Of a stretch of 64,000 nt of DNA, positions 1 to 14,300 are shown in pieces. The number at the start of each line of letters is the position of its first letter. Within the stretch, counting starts at the first letter, position 1. The stretch covers positions 80,788,001-80,852,000 of the forward strand of contig NC_087437.1 in NCBI RefSeq assembly GCF_036321535.1, in the 5' to 3' direction. The translations under genes were made by a program, and so were the position numbers. Below the pieces are notes generated by a model, which was not told where the DNA came from, did not search any database, and was given only the letters and a program-made list of their open reading frames with translations. The stretch comes from Camelus dromedarius (taxonomy: Eukaryota).

Positions 1-123
1 ATTGAAACTTTGTTGAAACTCACCATATTTTCATCCTGTAGATAATTGTGTCTAATACCAGTTATTTAATGTAAGTCCATAAATTAATAGGACTTCTGAA
101 TTAAACTCCAGGTATACCATTAA

Positions 124-650
124 AATTTTTTTTGTTCCAGTTTTGTTGAGATATAGTTGACATACAGCACTGTATACATTTAAGGGGTATAGCATAATGA
201 CTTACATACATTATGAAATTCAGTGAACATCTATTTTCTCATACAGATACAAAATTAAAGAAGTAGAAAAAACTTTCATTGTGATGAAAACTTGTAAGAT
301 TTATTCTCCTAACTACTTTCATGCAAAACATCCAGCACTGTTAATTATATTTATCATGTTGTACATTACATCCCTAGAACTTACTTATCTTATAACTGGA
401 AGTTTGTTCCTGTTGACTGTCTTCATTCAGTTCCCCTCTCCCCACCTCTGATAACCACAACTGATCTCTTTTTCCATGAGTTTGTTTGTTTCTGAATTAT
501 AATTGACCAACAACACTATGTTAATTCCTATGATACAACATAGTGATTCAGTATTTCTGTACATTTCAGAATGATCACTATGGTCTAGTTATGATCTGTC
601 ACCATACAAAGATACTACATAGTTATTGACTATATTCCCCACACTAGATA
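124..650 (-). mobile_element. LINE-1 3' end fragment
   Basis: T tract followed by antisense L1 3'UTR motifs (gatatagttgacatacagcactg; gtgatgaaaacttgtaagatttattctc). Confidence 0.75.
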
Positions 651-989
651 TACTTTCATAGTACGTTAAATTTGCCTTGTGGAATTTGCTTTTATGAGTA
701 TAATACATTGGAAATATTTAACATTCTTTTACAGGAATTTGTCACCTCTTTAATTTTATATGCTAGTAATATTTGCAAGTTAAATGGTATTTGTTACCAA
801 GCAGAATCCTGTTTTTACAATGTTTAGCTTCATGTAATACATTTATTCCTGTATCCTATGAGATAGTCTTGGCTGATATGCAAATAGTAAACTGAAGGAA
901 AACTCCTGTATAATAGAATTTTTTCAAGCCCCATTTCTTTCATCATACTTTTGCTATAGTATTTATGTTTAGAAATTATAATTTGATAC

Positions 990-1056
990 ACTATATGTAT
1001 ATATATAAATATATATGTTTATATATATATATATAAATATGTATATGTTTATATGT
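990..1056. repeat. (TA)n-rich microsatellite
   Basis: direct inspection. Confidence 0.85.
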
Positions 1057-2147
1057 AGAAATTGTGTTTGACTATCTTTACAGTTTACAAAATTATGAAT
1101 AAAATTTATTGTACTTTTCAGAATGCTGTGTTGATAGTTTGGGGGAAGTTTATTTTCCTGGGGGAGCGAGAAAGAGGTGTTTTCTTTGGAAATTGGAATA
1201 CTGTTGACAGTCTTGGAGTTTTTGCTCTCAGCCCTGTCCCCCATACCTGCCTTTCAAGCAATGACAAAGAGATATTATGAATGTTAATTATTAGATGTTT
1301 ATAAAGCTAGAGTAAGAACAAGAATAGTTTGAAGAGAAAATATGTAGTGTTGTAAAACTTCAAGTGAATGGGGAAGTCAGGCCAGTTCAGTGTTGCATGA
1401 ATTTTAAGTTATGAATTCAAAGAAGCTGCTTTGTGTCTTGCGTTGTGTGAACCCTGAGCTGGTACTTGTATGATATAGAGTCAGAAAGCAAAATAATTCA
1501 GGGTAACCTTCAGTTAGTTAGGTAGAACCTTTTGGAAGATATTTTTGTACAGTACCTGTATTTGATAACTGAAATACTAAGCATGTTTGATAATAATTGA
1601 CATGGTTTCCTCAGCTGCTGAGGAAGGGTTTTGGCTCCTTTTGAAAGAGCAGTGATCAATACTCTCAGACAATTGTCCCATTTCATTTAAAAATATGTAT
1701 ATATAAAATTTACGTTTAGAGATATAACTAATTGCTGAATTAGTTGTAATCTCTAAATTAGTTCAATTTCTAAAGTCACAATGAATTTAAAAGACATTTT
1801 AAGACTAATTTTTGAAATTTTATGAAGACTTTTTTTTATTATAGACATTTGCAGTTATAGAAGAAGGAAAAAACATAGTTTGGTTGCTTTTGTTACTAAA
1901 GAATACGACCTTTTAATGTATTTTCCTCATGTCATTTTTATTGTATGGTGAACATTTACTTTGTGTATGCAGTTTAAAATAGGATATGTCCTTATATTCA
2001 TCCATGTCAGTATGAGAATTTAACAGTGGACTTAAAAAAATAGCTTTGAAAAGTAGTACAGCAATTTTGATGATGTTTCTTTGAGCTCTTCTAAAAGGGA
2101 TTCTTTCTGTACTTTTGGCCATATTTATGTCTCTTTCATTTTTTAAG

Positions 2148-2329
2148 ATCTCAATAGTAGAAGTCGAGGTTGTGATCATCTTGAAGAGGGGAGCAGAAAC
2201 AAGGATGACGCATATTCTGATTCAAAAATGGAACCCACCCTGAATTCCAGGAAGAGAAAGAAAAGGCTTAGAAGTAATTTACCTGATTCTTATAATTCTG
2301 CTTCTTTGTATAAGTCAACAGAACAGACA
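2148..2329 (+). CDS. SENP7: SENP7 exon ([14 protein letters not shown]...KSTEQT)
   Basis: tttaag| acceptor, |gtaagt donor, 182 bp open frame similar to SENP7. Confidence 0.9.
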
Positions 2330-5300
2330 GTAAGTAGAGGTTTTTAGATGTGATATGAAATAATTTGTACTATGATAAAAATGAATTGACTGTGACTAAA
2401 TAATGTTCTCCTAGCTTTCTGCTTCTATCATCAGATTTCTTTCTTTTCCTTGCCTAGTTTTTGATTCTGTTTTTAAAAAAATAATTTAAATGCAACTTTT
2501 TGCATTAATACAGTTATGTGAACAAATTTCAAATACTGTCATTGCTCAGTATCTGCAGAGTATTGGTTCCAGGATCCTGCACATACCAAAATCTGCAGAT
2601 GATTAAATCTCTTATATAAAATGGTGTAGTATTTGAATATAATCTATATCCTCCTTTATATTTTAAATCATCTCCAGATTGCTTATAATACCTAATACAA
2701 TGTAAATACTAAGTAAATAGCTGTAAATGCTATATAAATAGTTGCCTGTGCCCAGCAAATTCAAGTTTTGCCCTTTGGAACTTTCTGGAATTATTTTCCT
2801 GAGTATTTTCCATTTGCAGAGTTGGTGGAACCTGCGCATGCAGAGGGCTGACTGTGTTATGAAGAAGTAAAAAAGTTAAAATTACCTCTTCTCCAATATC
2901 ACTCCTTACTTAGTAGTTTGATTTATATCCTTCAGACCTGTTTTCTTTTCCCCTCCTTATTTTAACCAAATTGCTGTTCAGCCAATTGCTTTTTCACTTG
3001 CTCTGTGAAATTTTTGTCAGATTTCCTTTTTCAGTAGTAATTTACTTCCAGTTTCTTTAAACTTCTTTTTATGAAGAGTTTAGGGAGTTTGTTGTACACA
3101 GAGAATTACCCTACTTAATGCATACATTATCTATTTTCAAAGACTTAGTATGCAGTTAGTGATAAAACTATAAGGAGACAGCTTTTTTTTTTGGAGACAG
3201 CTTTTTGATTCCTTTGATTCACATGGCATTTCAGGACTTTGCAGTGCCTTTGAGTTATAATTATAAACATGGTTTAGATTTAATACAGTAATAGAGACGT
3301 GAAGGCAGTGATTTTCATAATTTTTCATATCATTATCCTCTTAAGTTTATAATTTTTTGGCTTTTGTTACTAAAGTCACATGATGTCAAATAGCCTCTTA
3401 ACTTTTGCAAAATAAAACTAAAAAAATTCTCAGGGGAGGGTATAGCTCAGTGGTAGAGCGCATGCTTAGCACGGCTAAGGTTCCAGGTTCAATCTCCAGT
3501 ACTTCCATAAAAAATAATTCCTCTCACTTAAAGTTGACTTAGATTGTGGGTGACCATCTGAACCACTTGTAATTATGGGAATTTCCCCTTTTCATCCTTT
3601 CAAAAAGTTAAACATTGAGGCATCCAGTTGAACAGACCAAACTCTGTATCTGCATTATACTTGAGAGGCACTGGCAAGAGTAAAATAATTGTGCAATTTT
3701 CTATCCCTGTAGTTACAGAAATTATATAATATTTTTACTTTTATTTCTTCTTTAGGAATTTAAACTTCAAAAAATTCTTTGTTAGCCAAATTTGAAAAAT
3801 GCTAACTTTTATGTGCATTTATTTATGTTCAGAAAGAACAAGAAAATGACCCAACAGTATCCACTGAATTTGAGAAGTCAAGTGAAAACTATCATGAAGA
3901 CCCAAAACTACTTGAAGAAATTACACTTGAACCTATAGAAAGTGATTTTACTAAACTAGCCTCACTTCATAGTCAGGAGTTGGCTTTGAGCACTGCTCCC
4001 AAAATCACCTCTGACTGTTCAACCACTGAAACTTTTGTGAGTTCTATTTCCACTGATACTTTGGGGAATTCTACCTTGGCTGAGAAGGATGAGAATGAAT
4101 TGAACACAATAGAAAAACCTGTTTTGAGTGAACACAGTGAAGGGAACCAATCGTTTATCTCAGGTGAACCAAGTAAGTAACGTAAGGATTATAAAGGCTC
4201 TTAACTTTCTCTGCTTTACTTAGTTGTTTTATTTCTCCTCTCAAACAAATTTTGCTAAGGCAGTAAGTTAACTTACAATATCATTGTGGGATATATTAAC
4301 TTTATAAAAAAAAGACTTGGGGTTTTGGGACTTCCTTCATGAATTTGTAATATTGATTTAGGTAAACAATGGAGTACTTAGAAGCAGAAGTATTTATTTT
4401 TTTAGATTAGTGTCCTGTAATTCATCTCCTAAGTAGTTTTTAATAAGAGTCTGTAAGGACCATTTTGTCATTTTGGTTGATTAAGCTGAAGTACAGATGG
4501 TTTAAGTGCTATTTATTTATTGTCAATACTTTTGATTTAATTAATTAATTTTGATGTTAAATTTCAAGTGTTTGATGTAGTCACATGATACAAAAATGTT
4601 CTAAAGGATATCCAGTGAATAGTCTCCCACATCTTTCCCTACCCATCAGTTTCCCCCTCCTGGAAGCAAATAGTGTAAGAGGATTTAAAGTACAATTTAG
4701 AGTGATGGCACAACACATTATTAGAACTCAGACTTGTTCCTGTGTTCTCCTCGTGGCTTTATCCATTTTTAAATGACTTCATCCTCCAGAAGGTAAGGTT
4801 GCAGATAACTGCTAAATAATGGCACTGATAGGGAAACATTGAATGTAACTAGTATAAATCAGGTAATAAATAATAGGCTAGTTTCTAAATTGAATTTAGT
4901 TAGATGATTAGATTCAATGGGATTTTGAAAGATTGTATGAATTAGAAACTTCTCTTTTTGATACATGATTACTGTGATACATTTAAAAAATACATTTTCC
5001 CTTTTTAGTTGTCGTCTCCAGTGATGAAGAAGGACCTGTTGAGCATAAAAGTTCAGAAATTCTTAAATTACAACCTAAGCAAGATCATGCCGTCACTAAT
5101 GAAAGCAGGAGTACTTCTGAGCCAGCAGTGTCAGAACTACCATTGATTACATGTGAATCTGTACAGGTAATTAATTTCTGCCTCCTCACAGATTAACAGT
5201 GAAATATACACTATGGGCTAATGACTTTTTTATTTCATCAAGCAGAATATTATAATAAAAATTACAGTTTTTCTTAGTTTGAATTTTGAGACAACTTTCA

Positions 5301-8300
5301 TATTAGTGTGAGGAAAATACATAATTGTCTTTATTTTGAAGTGAAAAAATACCATTTTTTTTCTGGTCGTTTATATTTTTTCAGTCTAAATATTCTAAAA
5401 CTTAGATATTTATTCTTTTATGGTTCTCATTGGACATATAAGTACTTTATCAAAAGATTTTCTAGAGGTAAACAGTTTCCAGTATTTGTCTGGTCTTGCA
5501 ATACAATGCCTAGTTGGAATTATTCCTTTTCCTCACATGCTATTAATGCTATTAGCATTAATATAAAGCATCATCTTGGGTTATGGAAGCAATTTGATGT
5601 GCTTATAACCCTTAACCTGGAGATGGAAACCTGGATTTGTCTTAGTTTTGCTTCTTACTAATTGCATTATGTTTGGCAACCCACTTAACCAATTCAAACA
5701 TCTATTAACTTTACTTATGAAATGTGGAAGAAAACTGCCTCATGAGATGGTTTTGGTGATTAAAAGAGATAATATATTTAAAAACTCATTTAAACTAAAT
5801 AGTGTATGAATCCTAATTTATTTCTGTTGAGTTAAAAATGAAGTCTGTTAGGGGAAACAATTTGAAATCATGGCTTTGATAGAGAGGATATATTTCTGGA
5901 ACTTAGGCCTATGGAATTAATTTTGGATTCAACTATTTACAGTAATTTTCTCAAGGTAATTAATATACTTTTTAAGAAAAAAATCTAGTTAACTCTTTCT
6001 TCACAGTAAGAACAGTGTAAAATCCTTCACAAATTCATTAATAGTAATTTAAAGAAGTATTTGACTTTGGAATCATTGTCAGTATTTATATAGCACTTAG
6101 GCTTATATGCATTTTATAATTTATTCCTTGTTAGGCTTCATCTGAATTACGTCCATATAATCCTGTCACAGAAAACATTTCCTGTATTACACCTAGTAAT
6201 GAGTTGGATCTACAGCTGGATTTTACATTTACTTCTGTTTATATTGGTAAAATAAAAGGAGCTTCTAAAGGTTGTGTTACAGTAAGTATATTTAATTTTT
6301 TTTTTTTTAGTTCTGGTTCTTGGACAAGGCATTTTTAGATTATCTTCTCTTTTTTAGTGCAAATGAAAATAGAATTGAGATTAATTTTATATAGAACATT
6401 TTTAATATGTCATTATGTCTATTTTGAGACATGTCTTTAATTGAGGGAGGGGAATTTTGAAATCATAGTGGAATGCCCTAAAATAATATCTCTGATCTGA
6501 CTACTCTAATGAAGATTATGTATAAACAAAATCTTATGTAGTGTTGATATTCTTTGGTATCTAAAACTTATTTGATGGTAACATAAAATTTTATTCAGGC
6601 TGTAGTTAATAGCAAAAAGAAGAAATCTCATTTTACTGGTTTAAATTATGTTCTCCAAATTCCTAAGTTATTTAAGGATCTCCAGAAACAGGTCCTATTC
6701 TGTTTTCCCCCCACTTTTTTTTTTTTCCAATATTAACTCCTCACATTTTGTATGTGAAAACCAGATTGGATTTTACTTAGTTCTCTATACTGTCTCTTTA
6801 TTTTTCTGCCTGTTTTAAAATCCTAACCATCTTTTAAGGCTTATCTGAAAAAGTTCCTCTTCCAGGAAACCTTTCCTGATTTCTCCTTCCTAGCTAGAAT
6901 TAACTTCTCCTTTTACTGTGTACTTAACTTCTCCTTTTACTGTGTAATTTTTACATCTGTTGTAAGATTTATTCTGTGTGTTTTTAATTGTTTGTATTCT
7001 AGCCTAAATGTCCCATTAGCCTTTAAGCATCTTGTAATGAAGAGCCATGCTTTTATTCCCTTTTGTATCTTCCGTAAATGGCCCAAACCTAAATAGGCAC
7101 TTACAAACATTAGTTGGATTGAATTGACTACGTCAGATTATAATTTAGGTATTTTCTTAGAAGTTTTATTAATTTCACTGTTATAGGTAGGGCAGGGAAT
7201 AAAATAAAAATGGTGCAGATATGATCTCTTCTTTCAAGGAACCTTAGTCTACTGGAAGAGACAGACACATAAATAGGTATTTGTATTATGGTATAATGTA
7301 CAATGGAAATATGTATAAGAAGGGTGCATATGGCCTGAGTACCTATATCTGTCTGGAGGAATTAGGGAAGACTTCATAGAGAAGAGAGCATATGATTTAA
7401 GGTAACGAAGTAGATGTTTGCTTTGTGACTATACAGAGGGAAGGTAGGGTGAAAATTGTTTTGATTGAAAGCACCACAGCAATTCTGTTTAAAATTAATA
7501 TTCTCTGCTCACTGGTTTTCAGATATCAGTGATTTTGTTATGCCTTGAGTGATTTTACAATTTTTTTCTTTAAGGAATTTTGTTCACTTTTTCCAGTTCC
7601 CACCCCCAGCTCCATTTCATAGCTTTTTCATTTAAAATTCAGCTTTTTCTGTTCAGTTGTTTATAATGGCAAAAAATTGGATAACCTGAATATTTGACAA
7701 TAATTTATTAACCAAGGGAGCAATATTTAATATAAATATTCAACAGTGGGTTTTCATTAATTATTGTTTGTATGAATTATGTTATTATACAGTTAGGTGG
7801 GTTTGTTATGGGCAAAATACAAAGCCAAACAAAAAACTACAAATGAGTAAAGGAAGAATTTAAAGAGCACCTATGATCTTGCTTATCCAGAGACAATTGC
7901 CATTAACTTTACAGTGTATATCCTTACGTATTCTTCATATTAGATGCCTAAATATTTAAAAGAAAAGGATATGACATTATACATACTGTTTTGTAACTCA
8001 CCATAATCAAATTAACTTAATTCATGAAACTATTTGGGGATTTCGGGGTGCCCTTAATTCCCAACTATTGGACATTTCAGTTGTCCCAGTATTTTGCTAT
8101 TACAATAGTAGAGGACTGCAAATATTCAATAAATGTCCTAAAGTAGGTCCTGGAAGTTTGTTTCATGTCTATTGGAACACTTAAACTGTAATTAAAATAA
8201 AAAACTTAAATGTCTAATTACAAGAAAGTGGTTTAGTAAATCAAAGTAAATATATATAGGTAAAAAAATACATATCTGAAGAAAGACAGAGAGGAATTCT

Positions 8301-11300
8301 GAAAAAATTAAAAGTTATGTTACTATGGAGAGAACATAGCAATTTTAAAATTAAAAAATATAATGAATAACATAAAAAGGGAAAAGGATAAAAGTCTTAA
8401 GCTTTCAAGTTTTTGAAGAGACTTTTAATATCATTTTTTCAATATTTTCAGTATTTATTTTTTATGATGCTCTATAACTTGGAAATAAAAGAACTTTTGG
8501 ATGGAGTAAATATATTAGAGAATTAAACTTGGTCATTTTCTATATGTTTAATGAGTGTCCATTATGTATTATTATGGACACTGAAAAGTATTGTTCTCAC
8601 TGTCATGACAGAATTTAGCTGAACTAAAAAAATACCTGGAGTGGGAAACTTTTATGTAAGTTAGAGCCATTTTCTTGTAGTTGTACATTTAAGATACTGC
8701 TACTTTTTTTTTTTTAGTGTAGAGAATGCTGTAGTAGCTATGAGCATTTTTTTAGATCTCACTTTTGTTGGTAGTAGGAAAAATGTTTATTAAATATGTA
8801 TAATGTTCAGAGAACTGTGCTACTATTGTAAGAAGTTATAAAATAGCTCTTGTGTTCACCTTTATTCTTAAGTTTAAATAAATGTGGTGTGATTTCAGAA
8901 AACTGGGTTTACCTCATTGCCACAGAAACATCTTTCTAATTTTCTTAACTGTGGATTCAATTTTTGCTGCAAATAGGGCTCTGCTTTGGGGAGAGGTTAC
9001 ATATTGGCTTAGTCAATATTAAAAGGTGTAAATGAGTATGTGATCCTTGCCAAGCCAAAAGGTTTGATAGAACAAGGATCTTTATGGTGGGAGAATAAAA
9101 CAATAATGTAGAAAGTAGAGACCAAGGATAAATAGATGCACTACTTCTAATTCATAATTTTGTGGTAATAACTATAAAATCTCAAAAGCAAACACTCCTT
9201 ATATTCGTTTTCTATAACTAGTTATTTACAACTGCTAAGCTATTTTATGAGATTAAAGACCCAGTGAAACCTATGAGAAAGAATTTAGCAAGGGGAAACA
9301 TACCAAATATATATAGCAGTTGTGTGAAAGTGACATAATGATAAGGCATATTTGACTAAATTAAACTAAATAACATACTTAATCAGATGCTAATGTCTAA
9401 TGATAATAGCACCCCTTCATTAAGGGTCTTATCTAAAACTGAGAGATTCATTAAGTTACCTAAGTTTATCTACTTACTATTTGAATGGTAGAGATAATAG
9501 AGACAGCATTTGAACTCTGTGCTCAGCTTTTAGTTCATTTGCGCTTTTGCTCAAATTTTGCTTTAGTGGCTGACTTCCTCTAGGAAATGTGAGTTTTACG
9601 TTTGTGAAACTACAATATGAAATAATTTTTTAACTAGCAAAAAAAAAATGGAGTCATAGTAAATCTGTTGTTTCACTGAACATTGTGTGCTACTTATTTG
9701 CAACTCTTAGGTAGTTAATTTAGGTAACCATTTACCAAGACCACTGTCGATTTTGTTTTGTGCTCACAGACTGTACCCTTCATTTGGTCAACAATTTCAG
9801 AAATGTGTTGATCAAAAGAGAAACCTAACCAAATAATAGACAAAGAGGCATGAGTTCATTTGACAAACTTCAAAGGATACCTGTTTTAAGTGGTTACAAG
9901 ATTTAGGAACTCTACAACTCTTGAGAGTTTATTATAAAACCAACACTTAAGGAGGTCAAATATATATAAAAATACCTACAGGAAATAGAGTGTCCTGGCA
10001 CAGAAGGAGCAGAAAGAGCAGGATCTTTCTGCTGAATCTTCTGCTGAATCCCCAGTCAGAAGGAAATTATAACATGGCACAAAGAAAAATGAATGCTGGG
10101 AATGTCAGCAAAGCCAAGAATCAAACCCTGTTTTGTGGTTTGCTTACCAAAGTCATTGACACCCTGTCAGGTCTTTGGGCAGTTTCTTCTAGACTTTGTC
10201 TTATTTCTCCTTTAAATTTTCAGGAAATATTTTTGAAAAAATATATTAAGTAAAGTTGCACTGTTTTTTATAAATGAGAATATTGAGAATTAAGTTACTT
10301 GTACAAGTTTCTTAAACTTGCATAAAACTAAGTCTTTACAGTGAAACATCCTTTTGGTTAATTGAGAAAAAGACTTGAGTACTTTTAGTGTAGGCTTTGA
10401 TTGTGTACCTGTGGTTTAGAAAAGAAAAAAATTTTGAAAAATTTGAATAGTAACACATTTTGAATGGTAACTCTTTTTTTTGTTGTTTTGTTTTGTTTTG
10501 TTTTGTTTTTTTCCTTTAGTTCACGACAAAGTATATTAAGATCCCATTTCAAGGTAAGCTATCATTGTCTTATGACGTCTTTTTCACTGTGATTTTGAGT
10601 ATAAAATAATGGGTCAGTAAAAATTCTGAAGTATTTCTGCAACTAGTTTTTTGTAATTTTTTCCAATATGGAATTTATGTGAAACTAAGGTTAATAATGA
10701 GTTTCAACTTAACACTTTTTTAGCAGCTTCAAAAGGAGTTTAAAATGTTTTATAAAACTTAAAGTAGTATATAGTATACTATGGTTTTAGTGACTTCAAG
10801 TTGGGCAATATTAAGGGACCAATGGTAATGTCTTGGGATTGACAGAAAGAGTTTTGACAGCAAGATATTTGATACATAAAAATGAATGAAAATAGGAACT
10901 GTAAGTAAAGTATAAGGAAAATTTTCATGTTGCACACAGACATGTGAAATGGTTTTGCATAGAGGTTAAGAGAGTTCTTTAAATATCATTTCTTATCTGA
11001 GTAAGGCAGAGTAGATTGGAAAATATATCTGCAATTTGTAGAGACTCAGATAATTTCTCATTCTCTTCCCAAATAAAAACCTTTTAGAATAGGTAGCAAC
11101 ACTAAAAGAACAAATAATAAGCAACAGAGAATAGTCTCTTTAGAGAATAAATTATGAAAAGAATGAACAAGAAAAATATACACAAATAGCACTTCAGAAA
11201 TGAACTTGGGAAGAAAAAGCCTTTGTTCCAAGACTGAAGATGTGATTGCAGTAACTTTAGTTAGACTCCCCGCATACCCATGTACAGAATCCACAAGTGT

Positions 11301-14300
11301 ATGTATTATGACAATGAATCTAATAATTAGGAAGCTGCTGTAAGTAGTAAGAATATATAAGGCATATGTAATACGTAAGAATAAATGCACTGATATTCTT
11401 AAGTAGGAAATGTTAATAAGTTACTACAGAATAATACAACATTAGCTATTTAGAAGAAACAAATAAAGACCCAAATTCTTTTTTTTAATAGAGGTATTAA
11501 TGACATACATTATATTAATTTCAGGTGTACAACATGATGATTTGATACTTGTATATATGCAAAATGATACCCCCAGTAAGTCAGGTTAACATCCATCCCC
11601 ATACATAGTTATAAAATTATTTTTCTTGTGATGAGGACTTCTAAGATTTACTTCCTTAGCAATTTTCAGTTATGCAATACAGCATTATTAACGGTAGTCA
11701 TTGTGCTGTTCATTAAATCTTCATGACTTATTTATTTTATAATTGGAAGTTTGTACCTTTTGATCCCCTTCAATCATTTTGCTCACTGCCTGCTTCTGTT
11801 AGCCACCAATCTGATCTCTGTATCTATGAACTTTTTATTTTTTAAGATTCCACAATTAAGTTATATCATACGGTATTTGTCTTTCTCTATCTGATTCATT
11901 TCATTTAGCATGATGCCCTCAAGGTCCATCCATGTTGTCACAAATGGCAAGATTTCATTCTTTTTGGGGGCACACTAGTATTCCAATGTGTGTGTGTGTG
12001 TGTGTATATACGTCTTCTTTATCCATTCATTCACTGATGGACACTTAGGTGTTTTCCATATCTTGGCTGTTGTGAATAATGTTGCAGTGCACATGAGAGT
12101 GCATGTATCTTTTTTAATTAGTGTTTTCATTTCCTTTGTATAAATACCCAGAAGTGAAATTGCTGGATCATTAAAAAAATTTTTAAGAACCTCTGTACTG
12201 TTTTCCATAGTGGCTGTGTCAATTTACATTCCCACCAGAAGTGCACAAGAGTTCCCAGTTCCCTGTTTTCTACAGCCTTGTCAACATTCATTATTTCTTG
12301 TCTTTTTGATAACAGCCTTTCTAATAGATGTGAGGTGACACTTCATTGTGATTTTGATTTCCATGATGAGTAGTGATGTTGAGCACCTTTTCATGTATCT
12401 GTTGGCTATCTATATGTTTATTTTGGAAAAATGTCTTTTCAGTGTCTCTGCCTATTTTTTAATCTTTTTTTTTTTTATTTTTGCTGTTGAGTTGTATGAC
12501 TTCTTTATATATTTTGGATTTTAACCTCTTATCAGATATGTGATTTGCAAATATTTTCTCTCATTTAGTAGGTTACCTTTTACTTTTGTTGATGATTCTA
12601 AAATTTATAGTTAAAGAACTTTGTAACAGAGCTTCCTCTCAAATTCTTATGATACAAACCTCAGAAATGATATTTTATGTTTTCATAGTTAACATTTTGT
12701 ACTTTGTTTCAAATATTGCTTTCTTTTATAGCTTTTCTACCCCAAATGATTTTTAAAAGATTATTTTAATTTAAAAAGTATGAAAAAATGCTCCTGTCAG
12801 TAGTAATAAGTTTATGATTTTATAATGTAAGAGGAAAATATTACTCTTCTTCTTCAAATCCTCTGTGCTAAGTTCTCATATACAGAAATCTTTTAAAAAC
12901 AAGGCATGCATGTAAAAGGTTTTTGTAGATGGGAAATCTAGGAGCTAAATGTTTACTTATTTTTTTTCTTTGCAGTAACAGCTGTTGGGAAAATTTGATT
13001 TATTCATATTTATATTAGCTGTTAATTGTGTTTGGCTGTGGCTTAAAGAATATAGTTTTCTTTCACATTTAAGAAATCCAGAGGTAGACTGAACAGGACT
13101 GACAAGGAGTTTATTTGTTCATCAGGGGCCTAGACTCTTTTATTGTTCTACTCTGTTATCCCTGACGCATGACTTTCATCCTCTTTCTCATGGTCCATAT
13201 GACTGCTTGTACTCCAGCCATCATGTTTTAATGTTCCAGGTAGGAAGCCGGAGGAAGGCAAAACGATAGAAAGGATTCATACCACCTATCTCTTGTTCTT
13301 TTAAGGAGTCTTCTTGATGTTCAGGCCACATAACCTTTTCTGCTTATATGTCCTTAGCTGGAATGTAGTCATATGACCACACATCTATCTGCAAAGCAAG
13401 TGGTAGGAAACAGAATTTTAAAGAGATTTAAGAGTTTCTTGCTTCCCTGCAAAATTAGGGTCCTGTTATCAAAATCCCTAACAGTGGGTAGGAAAAATGA
13501 AAGGTAACTCCCACTTTCAGTGTCTATCATAGCCCTTTAACAGAATAAACCAAATATTTTGGCAAAATTTGGTAATGAGGTAAATTTTTCTTATGATGGT
13601 ACTAAAATTCCTTTTTATTTAAAGGAAACTTTTAAAAGTAGTCTTCCAAGACTATTTAGCTTTCATACTAAGAGCTTGGAACATTTGGACTAGTAATAAT
13701 TATATAGATTTCACAGAATAGTACCAACTATCTGGGGCTGTGAGCTGCATGAGGAAGAATGCTGAGAAGTTTTTCTGAAGGTTTTTACTCCTTGCTTTGA
13801 ACTCAATCTCTTCATCTTTGCTGCTGGTTTTACTGACAGTTTTCAGAATGGAAGAGTTATAGTGTTTATGGATTGGAAGAATTAATATTGTTATAACGTC
13901 TATATTACCCAAATTGATCTACAGATTCAGTGCAATCTCTGTCAAAATTCTATTGGCGTCTTTCACAGAAATAGAAAAAAATCCTAAAATTTGTATGGAA
14001 CAACAAAAGACGCCAACTAGCCAAAGCAACCCTGAGAAGAACACAGCTGGAGGCATCACATTTCCTGATTTCAAACTATATTACAAAGCTAATTTAGTAA
14101 TCAAAAGAGTGTGATATTAGCATAAAAATACACAGATCCATGGAAAACAATTGAGAACACAGAAGTAAACCCACATATATGTAGTAAATTAATTTTCAAC
14201 AAAAGTGCCAAAAATATACAATGGGGAAAGGATAGTCTTTTTGATAAATGGCATTGAGAAAGCTGGACAGCCAGGTGCAAAAGAATGAAACTAGACCCCT

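Noticed and set aside
3433..3507. tRNA-Ala(AGC)-like gene (also at 15990-16118, 38630, 52782-52916)
   Set aside because: Stems are disrupted and the copies have A-rich tails, two with clear TSDs; these are SINEs, not functional tRNAs
5308..5661. Remaining 60-117 aa ORFs in the track, this one as example
   Set aside because: Intronic or repeat-derived, biased low-complexity composition, no recognisable homology or splice context
13914..14114. L1 ORF2-like ORFs as active retrotransposons (also 11975..12208, 59578..59775)
   Set aside because: 5'-truncated with many stops and frameshifts
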